From Syntrophomonadaceae bacterium (lineage in GTDB: Bacteria > Bacillota > Dethiobacteria > DTU022 > UBA8154), in NCBI GenBank assembly GCA_003563895.1, contig PWTK01000058.1, forward strand, positions 1 through 59,601: 59,601 nt of DNA, read 5' to 3'. Positions 35,818 to 48,784 of this stretch are shown piece after piece (the stretch's first letter is position 1; every line of letters starts with the position of its first letter). The notes under the pieces were generated by a model. That model was given only the letters and a program-made list of their open reading frames with translations. It was not told the DNA's origin and did no database searches. A program made the translations under genes and the position numbers.

Positions 35818-37305
35818 TTATGCGTCCTCCCTCTCGAGAGCGGTCCTGATGTCCGGCCGCACGCCTTTCATGCCCAGCTCTTCCTCCAGGGCGCAGCAGA
35901 GCTGGAACATCCTGCCCTCGTCAAAATGCCGCCCGATCAGCTGCAGCCCAACGGGAAGGCCATTTGCCAGGCCGCAGGGGATAGATATGGCCGGCACACC
36001 GGCCAGGTTGGCCAGGGTCGTAAAAATGTCGTTCAGGTACATGGTGAGGGGATCGTCCACCTTTTCCCCCAGTTTAAAAGCCGAGGTCGGCGAGGTGGGG
36101 GTAACGACAAAATCATACTTCTCGAAAATTCTCTCCAGCTGTTGTTTCACCGCGGTGCGCACCCTGGATGCCTGAAGGTAATACGCGTCGTAGTAGCCCG
36201 CGCTCAACGCATAGGTGCCCAGCATAATGCGCCGCTTCACTTCCGGGCCGAAGGCTTCGGTCCTGTTCTTGAAATAGAGCTCGAGCAGATCCTGCTCGCC
36301 GCCGCTCCTGAACCCGTACTGCACGCCGTCATACCGGGCCAGGTTGGAAGAGGCCTCGGCAGGACAGATTATGTAATACGCCGGCAGGGCATAGTTGTAA
36401 ACGGGCATCGAAATTTCTTCTACTTCCACCCCCAGCCGGCCCAGCTTTCCCACGCCTTCCAAAAAGACCTCTTTATAGTACTGCTCTATCCCCAGGCCCA
36501 GCTGTTCCGAGGGAAAAGCCACCCGGAAGCCCTTCACCTCTTTTCCGAGATAAGAGCTGTAGTGCTCTTTCTGCCGATCCGCTGAGGTGGAATCCCGCGG
36601 ATCGCATCCGGCAATTACATCCAGGACCGCCGCGCAGTCGCGCACGTCCCTGGTCAGCGGCCCGACCTGGTCCAGGGAGGAAGCGAAGGCGATGAGGCCG
36701 TAACGGGAAACGAGGCCGTAGGTGGGTTTGAGGCCAACCACCCCGCACAGCGACGCCGGCTGCCGGACGGAACCTCCCGTATCGGAACCGATGGCAAAAA
36801 ACACCTCACCGGCCGCCACCAGGGCGGCGGAGCCGCCGCTGGAACCGCCGGGCACCCTCTCAATGTCCCACGGGTTCAGCGTGGGCTTGAAATACGAGTT
36901 TTCCGTGGAAGAGCCCATGGCGAATTCGTCCATATTGCTCTTCCCAATCATGATGGCGTGCGCCCCCTTCAACAGGTCCACCACGTGGGCGTCGTAGGGC
37001 GGGCGGTAATCGGCAAGCATTTTTGAGCCGCAGGTGGTCGGCAGATCGCGCGTGCACAAATTGTCCTTCAGGGCCATGGGAATGCCGGCCAGCGGGGAAA
37101 GCTGCCGGCCGTTATCGAGGAGCTTCTGGATTTTTTCCGCTTCTCGAAAGAGCTCCCTTTCCTCACGCAAGCTGATAAAGCCGTTGATGGTGCTTTCCAC
37201 CAGAGCCATGCGGTCGAGGGAAGCAGCAACCAGCTCCGCAGCGGACGCTTCTTTTTTTTGCAGCGCCCGGCCGGCCTCGCAGGCGGTCAGTTGATAGAGC
37301 TCCAT
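35818..37305 (-). CDS. gatA: Asp-tRNA(Asn)/Glu-tRNA(Gln) amidotransferase subunit A
   Basis: Amidase signature GGSSGGSAALVAAG. 495 aa. Contiguous with gatB. Confidence 0.95.
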   Translation of the reverse strand: MELYQLTACEAGRALQKKEASAAELVAASLDRMALVESTINGFISLREERELFREAEKIQKLLDNGRQLSPLAGIPMALKDNLCTRDLPTTCGSKMLADYRPPYDAHVVDLLKGAHAIMIGKSNMDEFAMGSSTENSYFKPTLNPWDIERVPGGSSGGSAALVAAGEVFFAIGSDTGGSVRQPASLCGVVGLKPTYGLVSRYGLIAFASSLDQVGPLTRDVRDCAAVLDVIAGCDPRDSTSADRQKEHYSSYLGKEVKGFRVAFPSEQLGLGIEQYYKEVFLEGVGKLGRLGVEVEEISMPVYNYALPAYYIICPAEASSNLARYDGVQYGFRSGGEQDLLELYFKNRTEAFGPEVKRRIMLGTYALSAGYYDAYYLQASRVRTAVKQQLERIFEKYDFVVTPTSPTSAFKLGEKVDDPLTMYLNDIFTTLANLAGVPAISIPCGLANGLPVGLQLIGRHFDEGRMFQLCCALEEELGMKGVRPDIRTALEREDA

Positions 37306-37331
37306 CAGGGTTCTAACCTCCGTTCCGGTTT

Positions 37332-37625
37332 TTATTCCAGCACAGGGGGGACCTTGAAAAAGCCGTTTTCCCCCTCGGGTGCCTCCTCCAGGACTTCTTT
37401 TAAGAATTCCGGCGGGCTTTTCCGGGCTTCATCCTTCCTTAATGCGCCCCCGGACGGCTGGACGTAAGGCGTTTCCTGGATGCTCCCCAGGTCCAGCTCG
37501 TTCATGCGGTGGATGTAGTCGAGAATGTGATTGAACTGCTCCGTGTAGAGATCTTTTTCTTCCTCCGAGAGGTTGAGCCGGGCCAGCTTCGCCACATGCT
37601 CCACTTCTTTCTTGCTGACTTTCAT
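37332..37625 (-). CDS. gatC: Asp-tRNA(Asn)/Glu-tRNA(Gln) amidotransferase subunit C
   Basis: 97 aa. MKVSKKEVEHVAKLARLNLSEEE is the typical GatC N-terminus. Confidence 0.9.
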   Translation of the reverse strand: MKVSKKEVEHVAKLARLNLSEEEKDLYTEQFNHILDYIHRMNELDLGSIQETPYVQPSGGALRKDEARKSPPEFLKEVLEEAPEGENGFFKVPPVLE

Positions 37626-37724
37626 TTATTTGCCCTCCCTTTAAAAGAAGGATAGATTGTGTTTATGTCGAATAGGTCGTTTGAGAAGATAATGAAACGG
37701 GCACCGTTGAGGAGGAGATTCGTT

Positions 37725-37988
37725 ATGGCTGTGCTTCATAACCTCATGGAAGAAACCGTGCTGCAAGCCGTGAATGAGCTCATGGGCAAACAGAACATCT
37801 GCCAGTGCGAGCAGTGCCGCCTGGACGTCGCGGCCATCGCCCTGAACAACCTGCCCCCCCGCTATGTGGTCACCCCGGGGGGCGCTTCTCATTCACGGGC
37901 CGATCTGCTGGAAGTGCAAAAGTACGTGGACGTGATGGGCGCCATCGCCAAGGCCATCAGGCTGGTAAAGGAACACCCCCGGCACTAG
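37725..37988 (+). CDS. comFB: ComFB-family protein (late competence development protein ComFB domain)
   Basis: NLMEETVLQAVNELMGKQNICQCEQCRLDVAAIALNNLPPRYVVT with the CxCxxC motif. ATG-37725 sits behind GAGGAGGAG; the ORF track extends to 37659. Confidence 0.75.
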   Translation: MAVLHNLMEETVLQAVNELMGKQNICQCEQCRLDVAAIALNNLPPRYVVTPGGASHSRADLLEVQKYVDVMGAIAKAIRLVKEHPRH

Positions 37989-38232
37989 AGCGACAACCGC
38001 CCGCCTTTTCCCTGCCCGCTTCAAACAAGTTCTACGTGACACGGCTTGGGCACCGCCTGCCGTTCAGAAGAGCACGCTCATCAAGCCGCCAGCGAAGCCG
38101 GGCGCCGTAACCAGCTGTCCTTGAAAAAATCTTTGCTCCCTGCAGCATGAAACAAGTGCGACGGGAAATACTGCTTTTTTCTTGTTAAAAACCCGGCCCT
38201 GTAAGAGGGGGCAGAGGTTTTTTTGTGTTTTT

Positions 38233-40407
<2,175 letters not shown>

Positions 40408-40779
40408 TTAAGTCTCGGGAACTGAACAAAAGGAACGATGCGGCGCCCGGTACTCCAGGCACACGCAAAAGCAGGCCAGGCCGGACTGCAGCCGGTCGCC
40501 CGACCCCTTCGAAGCCGCCCTTCAAGGATCCGAGGCGTTCTATCGTTCAGGCAAATCCCGCGGCATCAGCTGACGTTAAAACAGACAGGCAATTGAATGA
40601 CGCCGTTTGAACCCGGGACAAGAATCAACTAGCGCCGTGTCAAGGAAATTTATTCTGGTTTTGCTTGCGGTCAAGATTTTGCCAAAAAGCTCAAAGCAGC
40701 TTATATGGCTTATATGATTATAATTACCAACAGCGGGATATGGTTCGCAGCCAGCGCCCTGGTTTCCCCCAGCCGAAAA

Positions 40780-41199
40780 TCAGGCGCTGGAGGTTTTCGA
40801 TTCCATGGCGTTGCGGATCCATTCCACGATCTCGTCCGTGGGAATGCCCGGAGTGAAGAGGGCCTGGGCATACCCTTTTTCCTTCAGCTCTTCCATGTCT
40901 TCCTCGGGGATGATGCCCCCTCCGATCAGCAGGATATCACCGGCGTTGTTCTCTTCCAGCAGCTCTTTTACGCGGGGAAACAGGGTCATATGGGCCCCTG
41001 ACAAGATGCTGAGCCCCAAGACATCCACATCCTCCTGTATGGCAGCTTCCACCACCTGTTCAGGGGTCTGGTGCAGGCCGGTATAAACGACCTCCATGCC
41101 GGCGTCCCGCAAAGCCCGTGCGACAACTTTGGCGCCCCTGTCATGGCCGTCCAGCCCGGGTTTGGCTACCAGCACGCGGATCTTTCGCTCTTTGCTCAT
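40780..41199 (-). CDS. B12-binding small subunit of a split acyl-CoA mutase (methylmalonyl-CoA mutase family; probably isobutyryl-CoA mutase IcmB-like)
   Basis: 139 aa with [25 protein letters not shown], the DxHxxG cobalamin-binding motif. Confidence 0.85.
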   Translation of the reverse strand: MSKERKIRVLVAKPGLDGHDRGAKVVARALRDAGMEVVYTGLHQTPEQVVEAAIQEDVDVLGLSILSGAHMTLFPRVKELLEENNAGDILLIGGGIIPEEDMEELKEKGYAQALFTPGIPTDEIVEWIRNAMESKTSSA

Positions 41200-41220
41200 G
41201 AATTTTCCTCCTCCCCCCTG

Positions 41221-42888
<1,668 letters not shown>

Positions 42889-42963
42889 ACTCTCTCAACT
42901 CGGCCTGCATCACGGCAGGCCGAGCCCTCACCTCCTTTCAAAAATATTTAAATATTTAACGCC

Positions 42964-43923
42964 TTATTCAGGGAATTCGTGGTTGTCCAAGTTGACCCGC
43001 TCCAGTACTTTTTCAGCGCCTGAAATGGGATCCAGATCCCGCTGGCTTATTTTCTCGATGGTCTTTTCAAACAGGGTGGTCCCGCTGATCTTCTCCCAAA
43101 GCCTGCTCTTGATGATATGCTCCATGTAGTCCACGATCTCTCTTTTTACCCGTTCTCTCCGGATTGCAGCCAGTCGGTCTCCTTCTTCCAGGAACTGCCG
43201 GTGCTTTTTCAACTCTTCCCACAGCTCTTCTATTCCCTCGCTGGTAAGGGAAATGGTGGAAATGATGGGCGGACGCCACTCTTTTTTCTTGTTGTCCAGG
43301 TCGAGCATGAGGTTGATTTCGGTCCTGGTGCGGTCGGCGTTGGGCAGGTCCGACTTGTTCACGACAAAAATGTTGGCGATCTCCATGATCCCCGCCTTTA
43401 TCGTTTGAACGCTGTCGCCGCTGGCCGGGGTCAGCACGACCACCGTGGTGTCCGCGTTTTTGACCACGTCCACCTCCGACTGCCCCACTCCGACCGTTTC
43501 AATGATGACTATGTCCTTTCCAAAAGCATCCAGCAGCTGTACCGCGTCTTTGGTCGCCCGGGAGAGGCCTCCCAGGCTTCCCCGAGTCCCCATGCTGCGG
43601 ATGAACACATCCTTGTCCTCGGTGTGCTCCTGCATTCGAATACGGTCTCCCAAAATGGCCCCTCCTGTAAAAGGGCTTGTCGGGTCAATGGCGACTATCC
43701 CTACGGTCAGCCCTTCCCGGCGGATAACGCTTACCAGCTTGTCCACGAGAGAGCTTTTCCCCGAGCCGGGAGAGCCCGTAAAGCCGATGATATACGCCTT
43801 CCCTGTGTGGGTATAAACCCCTTTCAGTATTTCGTTTTTGCTGGAATCTTCATTTTCCACCAACGAGATTGCCCTGGCCAGAGCTCTGCGGTCTCCTTTG
43901 ATGAGCCCTTCTACAATATTCAA
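42964..43923 (-). CDS. meaB: MeaB/ArgK-type G-protein chaperone of B12-dependent acyl-CoA mutases
   Basis: P-loop GSPGSGKSSL, VETVGVGQSE and NKSD motifs. 319 aa. Immediately upstream of the mutase genes. Confidence 0.9.
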   Translation of the reverse strand: MNIVEGLIKGDRRALARAISLVENEDSSKNEILKGVYTHTGKAYIIGFTGSPGSGKSSLVDKLVSVIRREGLTVGIVAIDPTSPFTGGAILGDRIRMQEHTEDKDVFIRSMGTRGSLGGLSRATKDAVQLLDAFGKDIVIIETVGVGQSEVDVVKNADTTVVVLTPASGDSVQTIKAGIMEIANIFVVNKSDLPNADRTRTEINLMLDLDNKKKEWRPPIISTISLTSEGIEELWEELKKHRQFLEEGDRLAAIRRERVKREIVDYMEHIIKSRLWEKISGTTLFEKTIEKISQRDLDPISGAEKVLERVNLDNHEFPE

Positions 43924-44015
43924 TTTGACTCCTCACCACCTAACTTCACTTCTATGATACTCCGGTCCTCCTCCAGCACTGCGGAGATCCGCTCCCAGGA
44001 CTCCTCCGCCTGACT

Positions 44016-44573
44016 TTAGAACTCGATCCCTTTCTGCGCTTTGACGCCCGACATATAATGGTGCTTGACTTCCTTAACTTCGCTGACCAGGTCGGCCATT
44101 TCCAAAAATTCGGGAGGGGCGTCCCTTCCGGTTAGGATTAATGTCACCTCGGGTCTCTTGTTTTTGACCAGGTCCAGGACATCCCTGAACGAAACGAGAT
44201 TGAAGCTGACCGCGACATTAATTTCATCCAGGACGACGAGGTCGCAATCTCCCTCCAGGGCGGCCTTCCTGGCCCTGGCCAGCCCCTCCGCAGCGAGGCG
44301 GAGGTCCTCCTCGCCGGGATTGTCCGGGTCGACAAATTTCCCCGTGCCGGCTTTGATCACCTCAAAATCCGGCAGATACGAGGCTGCCTTGGCTTCTCCG
44401 TAATCCCTGCCCTTCATGAAATTGATCACCAGCACTTTGAATCCATGGCCTGCAGCCCGAAAAGCCTGCCCCAGGGCGGCGGTCGTTTTGCCTTTACCGT
44501 CCCCCGTATAGACCATGATCAGCCCTCTTTTTTCCTTCACCGCTCGATCCCACCCCTGGTACATTTTTTTCAT
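44016..44573 (-). CDS. cobO: cob(I)yrinic acid a,c-diamide / cob(I)alamin adenosyltransferase (CobA/CobO/BtuR type)
   Basis: VYTGDGKGKTTAALGQAFRAAGHG and LVVLDEINVA motifs. The start is ambiguous: ATG-44573, or ATG about 20 codons later behind AAGAGGG. Confidence 0.85.
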   Translation of the reverse strand: MKKMYQGWDRAVKEKRGLIMVYTGDGKGKTTAALGQAFRAAGHGFKVLVINFMKGRDYGEAKAASYLPDFEVIKAGTGKFVDPDNPGEEDLRLAAEGLARARKAALEGDCDLVVLDEINVAVSFNLVSFRDVLDLVKNKRPEVTLILTGRDAPPEFLEMADLVSEVKEVKHHYMSGVKAQKGIEF

Positions 44574-44576
44574 GAA

Positions 44577-44725
44577 TATCAACTAAACTCAGGGAATTCT
44601 TGTTGAATGGGCCCCCAAATACAGCTTTTTAGCAGATCAAGACCTTTTTGTAAGTGTAACCTTTTAAAACCTCTTTTTTTGCGACGCTTCTTTCATTGTC
44701 ATCCTGAGCAAACCCGATAGTCTGA
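44577..44725. repeat. R3 intergenic repeat, copy 1 (~149 bp)
   Basis: About 90% identical to 46165-46312. It begins TATCAACTAAACTCAGGGAATTCTTGTTGA and ends CATCCTGAGCAAACCCGATAGTCTGA. It abuts the cobO start. Confidence 0.65.
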
Positions 44726-44987
44726 TTTTTTTTTACGCATCTGCTGCAGCGGCCCGTTTTCAGGCAGAACACCCCTGCTGCGGCAGCTGGAGAGGAATGA
44801 AAATATCCCGGCGCTTACCAGGCGCACCTTTCAGGCATCAGCCCGGCTTTCGTGCCAGTTCGTTAAAACTTTTCCCCGCCTCTTGCCTATATCATAACTC
44901 ATAAACCGGTCATTTAGCAATATCGCTCACTGCTCAACCGGGAAGGCCGCCGCAAGGCGGGCCCTCCCGGTTGGTCCACGCCTTCCC

Positions 44988-46127
44988 CTATCGGAGCAGG
45001 TAGCGGGAGATAACCAGCCGCTGAATTTCGTTTGTCCCTTCATATATCTGGGTAATTTTGGCGTCCCTCATAAACCGCTCCACGGGGTATTCCCGGCTGT
45101 AGCCGTAGCCACCGAAAATCTGCACCGCATCGACGGTAACTTCCATGGCGATATCCCCCGCGTAGAGCTTGGACATGGCCGATTCCTTGGCAAAAGGCTT
45201 GCCCTCGCTCTCCAGGACTGCCGCCTGGTAGGTTAAGAGTCGGGCCGCTTCAATTTTGGTCGCCATGTCGGCCAGCATGAAGGAAACTGCCTGGAATTCG
45301 GCGATGGGCCGGCCGAATTGGTGGCGGTTTTTGGCGTAATCGGCCGCCTGCTCAAGCGCGCCCTGGGCGATGCCGACGGCCTGGGCGGCGATGCCGTTGC
45401 GCCCCCCGTCCAGTGTACTCATGGCCACTTTGAAGCCATCTCCTTCGCCCCCCAGCATGTTTTCCTTGGGTACCCGGCAGTCGTCAAAGATGAGTTCGCT
45501 GGTGTCAGAAGAGCGAATGCCCAGCTTTTTCTCCTTCTTGCCGAAAGTAAAGCCCGGCGTGCCCTTTTCCACGATAAAGGCGTTGATGCCCTTGGCCTTT
45601 TTTTCTTTGTCGGTCATGGCAAACACCACGTAGATCTCTGCAGCATCGGCGTTGGTAATCCAGACCTTGGTGCCGTTGAGCACGTAGTGGTCCCCGTCAA
45701 GCACCGCGGTGGTCTTCAGGCCGGCGGCGTCCGAGCCCGCTTCGGGTTCGGTCAGCCCGTAGGCGCCCAGCTTTTCCCCCCTGGCCAGGGGAGCAAGGTA
45801 TTTTTGTTTTTGTTCCTCCGTGCCGTACTTGAAAATGGGCCAGCTGCAAAGGGATACGTGGGCCGAAAGGGTGACCCCCGCCGAAGCGTCAACCCGGGAC
45901 AGCTCTTCCACCGCGATGACGTAGCTCAGGTAGTCCCCGCCGGCGCCGCCGTATTCTTCCGGCCAGGGGATACCCGTCAGCTCCATCTCTGCCATTTTAT
46001 CAAATATTTCCCGGTCGAACTCTTCTCTTTCGTCCCTTTCAGACGCTCCAGGCATGATTTCCTGCTCGGTAAAGTCCCGGATCGATTTGCGCATCATTTC
46101 ATGTTCTGCGGAGAGTGTAAAATCCAT
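44988..46127 (-). CDS. acyl-CoA dehydrogenase (short-chain/butyryl-CoA dehydrogenase-like), paralog 1
   Basis: 379 aa with [12 protein letters not shown]-terminal [14 protein letters not shown], and catalytic Glu in [27 protein letters not shown]. Confidence 0.9.
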   Translation of the reverse strand: MDFTLSAEHEMMRKSIRDFTEQEIMPGASERDEREEFDREIFDKMAEMELTGIPWPEEYGGAGGDYLSYVIAVEELSRVDASAGVTLSAHVSLCSWPIFKYGTEEQKQKYLAPLARGEKLGAYGLTEPEAGSDAAGLKTTAVLDGDHYVLNGTKVWITNADAAEIYVVFAMTDKEKKAKGINAFIVEKGTPGFTFGKKEKKLGIRSSDTSELIFDDCRVPKENMLGGEGDGFKVAMSTLDGGRNGIAAQAVGIAQGALEQAADYAKNRHQFGRPIAEFQAVSFMLADMATKIEAARLLTYQAAVLESEGKPFAKESAMSKLYAGDIAMEVTVDAVQIFGGYGYSREYPVERFMRDAKITQIYEGTNEIQRLVISRYLLR

Positions 46128-46164
46128 TAACTGACATCCTCCCTCTCGAAATTATTTACATGAT

Positions 46165-46312
46165 TATCAACTTAACTCAGGGAATTCTTGTTGAGTGGCC
46201 CCCAAAATACAGCTTTTTAGCAGATCAAAGCCTTTTTGTAAGTGTGACCTTTTAAAACCTCTTTTTTGCAGGGCTTTTTTCATTGTCATCCTGAGCAAAC
46301 CCGATAGTCTGA
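46165..46312. repeat. R3 intergenic repeat, copy 2 (~148 bp)
   Basis: See copy 1. It lies between ACAD paralog 2 (stop 46344) and ACAD paralog 1 (start 46127). Confidence 0.65.
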
Positions 46313-46343
46313 ATTATTTATTGGAAAAAGTTTTTGTTCTTTA

Positions 46344-47483
46344 TCACTTCAAAATTTCCCTGGCGACAACGATTCTCTGGATCTGGTTGGTGCCCTCATA
46401 GATCTGGGTAACCTTGGCGTCCCTCATAAAGCGCTCCACGGGATATTCCCGGCTGTAGCCGTAGCCACCGTAAATCTGCACCGCTTCAATGCCGGCCTTC
46501 ATGGCCAGGTCGGTGGCAAAGTACTTGGCCATGGAGGCCTCTCTGGTGCAGGGGAGGTCCCGGTCTTTGTGGAATGCCGCACGATAGACCAGAAGGCGCG
46601 CCGCTTCCAGTTCCGTAGCCAGGTCGGCCAGCTTGAACTGGATGGCCTGGAAGTTGGCGATGGGCTGGTTGAACTGCTGCCTGGTTTTGGCATACTCCAG
46701 GGACGCATCGACAGCGGCCTGGGCAATGCCGAGCCCCTGGGCGGCGATCCCGATGCGGCCTCCGTCCAGCAGGGACATGGCGATCTTGAACCCGCCTCCT
46801 TCTTCGCCCAGCAGGTTTTCGGCGGGCACACGGCATTCGTCGAAAATGAGCTCACAGGTCGAGGAAGCGATAAGACCCATTTTTTTCTCCTTGGGGCCGA
46901 TGGTTAAACCCGGCGTATCCTTATCCACCAGGAAAGCGGTGATCCCGCGGGTCTTTTTTTCGGGGTCCATGGTGGCAAAAACCACGTAGACGTCCGCTTC
47001 CCCCGCGCTGGTAATCCAAACCTTGTTTCCGTCGAGAACATAGTGATCGCCGTCACGCCTGGCCCGGGTGCGCAGTGCCCCCGCATCGGAACCGGCCTCC
47101 GGCTCTGACAGGGCGAAGGCACCCAGCATTTCCCCCGCCGCCAGGCGGGTCACATACCGTTCCTTTTGTTCCTGGGAGCCGTGGTACAGGATGGAATAGA
47201 TGCCCAGCGAGGTGTGGACGGCCAGGATAACCCCGGTGGAAGCGCAGGCCCTCGATACTTCTTCCAGGCAGAAAATGTAGCTCATAAAGTCCGCGCCGGC
47301 CCCGCCCCATTCCTCGGGAATGGGGATCCCCATGTGGCCTTCGCGGCCGAGCTTCTGCAGGTTTTCCCGCGGGAACTCCCCCGATTTATCCAGCTCGTCT
47401 GCCCTGGGGGCGATCTCGTTATCGGCAAACTCCCTGAAAACTTGTTTCATCATCCTGTGTTCATCAGAAAGAGTGAAATCCAT
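46344..47483 (-). CDS. acyl-CoA dehydrogenase (short-chain/butyryl-CoA dehydrogenase-like), paralog 2
   Basis: 379 aa, collinear with paralog 1 at roughly 55% amino-acid identity by eye. FALSEPEAGSD and YEGTNQIQRIV motifs. Confidence 0.9.
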   Translation of the reverse strand: MDFTLSDEHRMMKQVFREFADNEIAPRADELDKSGEFPRENLQKLGREGHMGIPIPEEWGGAGADFMSYIFCLEEVSRACASTGVILAVHTSLGIYSILYHGSQEQKERYVTRLAAGEMLGAFALSEPEAGSDAGALRTRARRDGDHYVLDGNKVWITSAGEADVYVVFATMDPEKKTRGITAFLVDKDTPGLTIGPKEKKMGLIASSTCELIFDECRVPAENLLGEEGGGFKIAMSLLDGGRIGIAAQGLGIAQAAVDASLEYAKTRQQFNQPIANFQAIQFKLADLATELEAARLLVYRAAFHKDRDLPCTREASMAKYFATDLAMKAGIEAVQIYGGYGYSREYPVERFMRDAKVTQIYEGTNQIQRIVVAREILK

Positions 47484-47582
47484 TCAGTCAATCACCTCTA
47501 TCCATAATATGTTCCGGGTTCCCGGCAGGTGCCGGCTTCAGAAGAGGGTAACGATGCGGACATCCGCCACCCGAAAGCGCCA

Positions 47583-48437
47583 TCATCCGCTGTAATCGTA
47601 AAAACCCCTGCCGCTCTTGCGGCCGAGCCAGCCCGCAGCTACGTACTTCCTCAGCAGGGGGCACGGGCGGTACTTGTCATCGCCGAAGCCTTCGTGAAGT
47701 ACTTCCATAACGGAAAGACAGGTATCCAGACCGATTAAATCGGCCAGGGTCAGGGGGCCCATGGGATGGTTCATGCCGAGCCTCATGACCTCATCTATGG
47801 CCTCCGGACGGGCCACCCCTTCCATCAAACAATAGACGGCCTCGTTGATCATGGGCATCAAGATGCGGTTCGAAACAAAGCCGGGGAAATCTTCCACCTC
47901 CACCGGGACCTTGTCCAGCTTCCTGGCCAGATCTTCCACAACCTGGTAGGTGTCGTCGGAGGTGGCCAGTCCGCGAATGATCTCGACCAGCTTCATCACG
48001 GGCACCGGGTTCATGAAATGCATGCCGATGACTTTTTCCGGACGATTGGTCACCGCTGCAATGTCCGTGAGGGGAAGGGACGAGGTGTTGCTGGCCAGGA
48101 TGGTGTGGGATGGAGTCATCTCATCCAGCGATCGGAAGAGCGATTCCTTGATATCCATTCTCTCCACCACTGCCTCGATCACGATATCGGCGTCCTTGCC
48201 ATCCTCCAGCTCCAGGGTGGGCTGGATCCGGTCCTCCACCGCCTTTTTTTCCTCTTCACTCAGGCGACCCTTATCCACGCCGCGCTGAAGATTTTTGCTG
48301 ATGGCCTTCATCCCTCTTTCCAGAAAGGAGTCCTCGATATCCCTCATCACCACGGGATACCCCGCCTGGGCACAAACCTGGGCGATCCCGTTCCCCATCT
48401 GACCTGCACCGAGCACCATTATCTTCTTGATTTCCAT
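47583..48437 (-). CDS. hbd: 3-hydroxybutyryl-CoA dehydrogenase
   Basis: [22 protein letters not shown] fold and the 3HCDH C-terminal domain. ATG-48437 sits behind GGAAGGAGG; the ORF track extends to 48518. Confidence 0.9.
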   Translation of the reverse strand: MEIKKIMVLGAGQMGNGIAQVCAQAGYPVVMRDIEDSFLERGMKAISKNLQRGVDKGRLSEEEKKAVEDRIQPTLELEDGKDADIVIEAVVERMDIKESLFRSLDEMTPSHTILASNTSSLPLTDIAAVTNRPEKVIGMHFMNPVPVMKLVEIIRGLATSDDTYQVVEDLARKLDKVPVEVEDFPGFVSNRILMPMINEAVYCLMEGVARPEAIDEVMRLGMNHPMGPLTLADLIGLDTCLSVMEVLHEGFGDDKYRPCPLLRKYVAAGWLGRKSGRGFYDYSG

Positions 48438-48622
48438 GATGTAAAAAAACCTCCTTCCAGCTTCCCGGTCGGCAGCACCGCCGGGTGTAAAATCTTGGCC
48501 CACAACAGGTTTGTTCACTAATGAATTTTTTGCCCCGAAGAGGGTTTTTAAAAATACACTGGCAGATCACGCACATCTGTTTAGTGCGCAGGTGTATCAG
48601 GTGTATTCAAGAGACGTTGCCT

Positions 48623-48761
48623 GCAGTGCTGACGCATGACTTATAAAATACAGGCATATCAAGGCTTACAGGGATTGCAGCGAAACAATTTTTCGCGCTT
48701 TAGATGCTAACAAAGTTCTGAAATAAAAAGGTTGTAGACATTTTTCATACTTCAGCACTGC
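48623..48761 (-). mobile_element. 139-bp MITE, copy 2 (inverted relative to copy 1), with 7-bp target-site duplication GTTGCCT
   Basis: GTTGCCT directly flanks both terminal inverted repeats (48616-48622 and 48762-48768). 136/139 nt identical to copy 1. Confidence 0.7.
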
Positions 48762-48784
48762 GTTGCCTGGCCGGACCTTCCCCA

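Noticed and set aside
38180-38232. Possible intrinsic terminator after ligA (CCCUCUUACAGGG followed by CCGGGUUUUU on the minus strand)
   Set aside because: The stem is only about 4 bp and the pairing register is ambiguous, so it is too weak to list as a feature.
40665-40705. Possible third, degenerate copy of the R4 core (GATTTTGCCAAAAAGCTCAAAGCAGC)
   Set aside because: Only about 20 nt of patchy similarity, which cannot be distinguished from chance by eye.
44577-44640. R3 considered as a decayed copy of the meaB 3' end, since TCAGGGAATTC occurs at the R3 edge and at the meaB stop (42964-42980)
   Set aside because: The similarity is limited to about 15-18 nt plus vague matches. That is not enough to claim homology without a statistical alignment.
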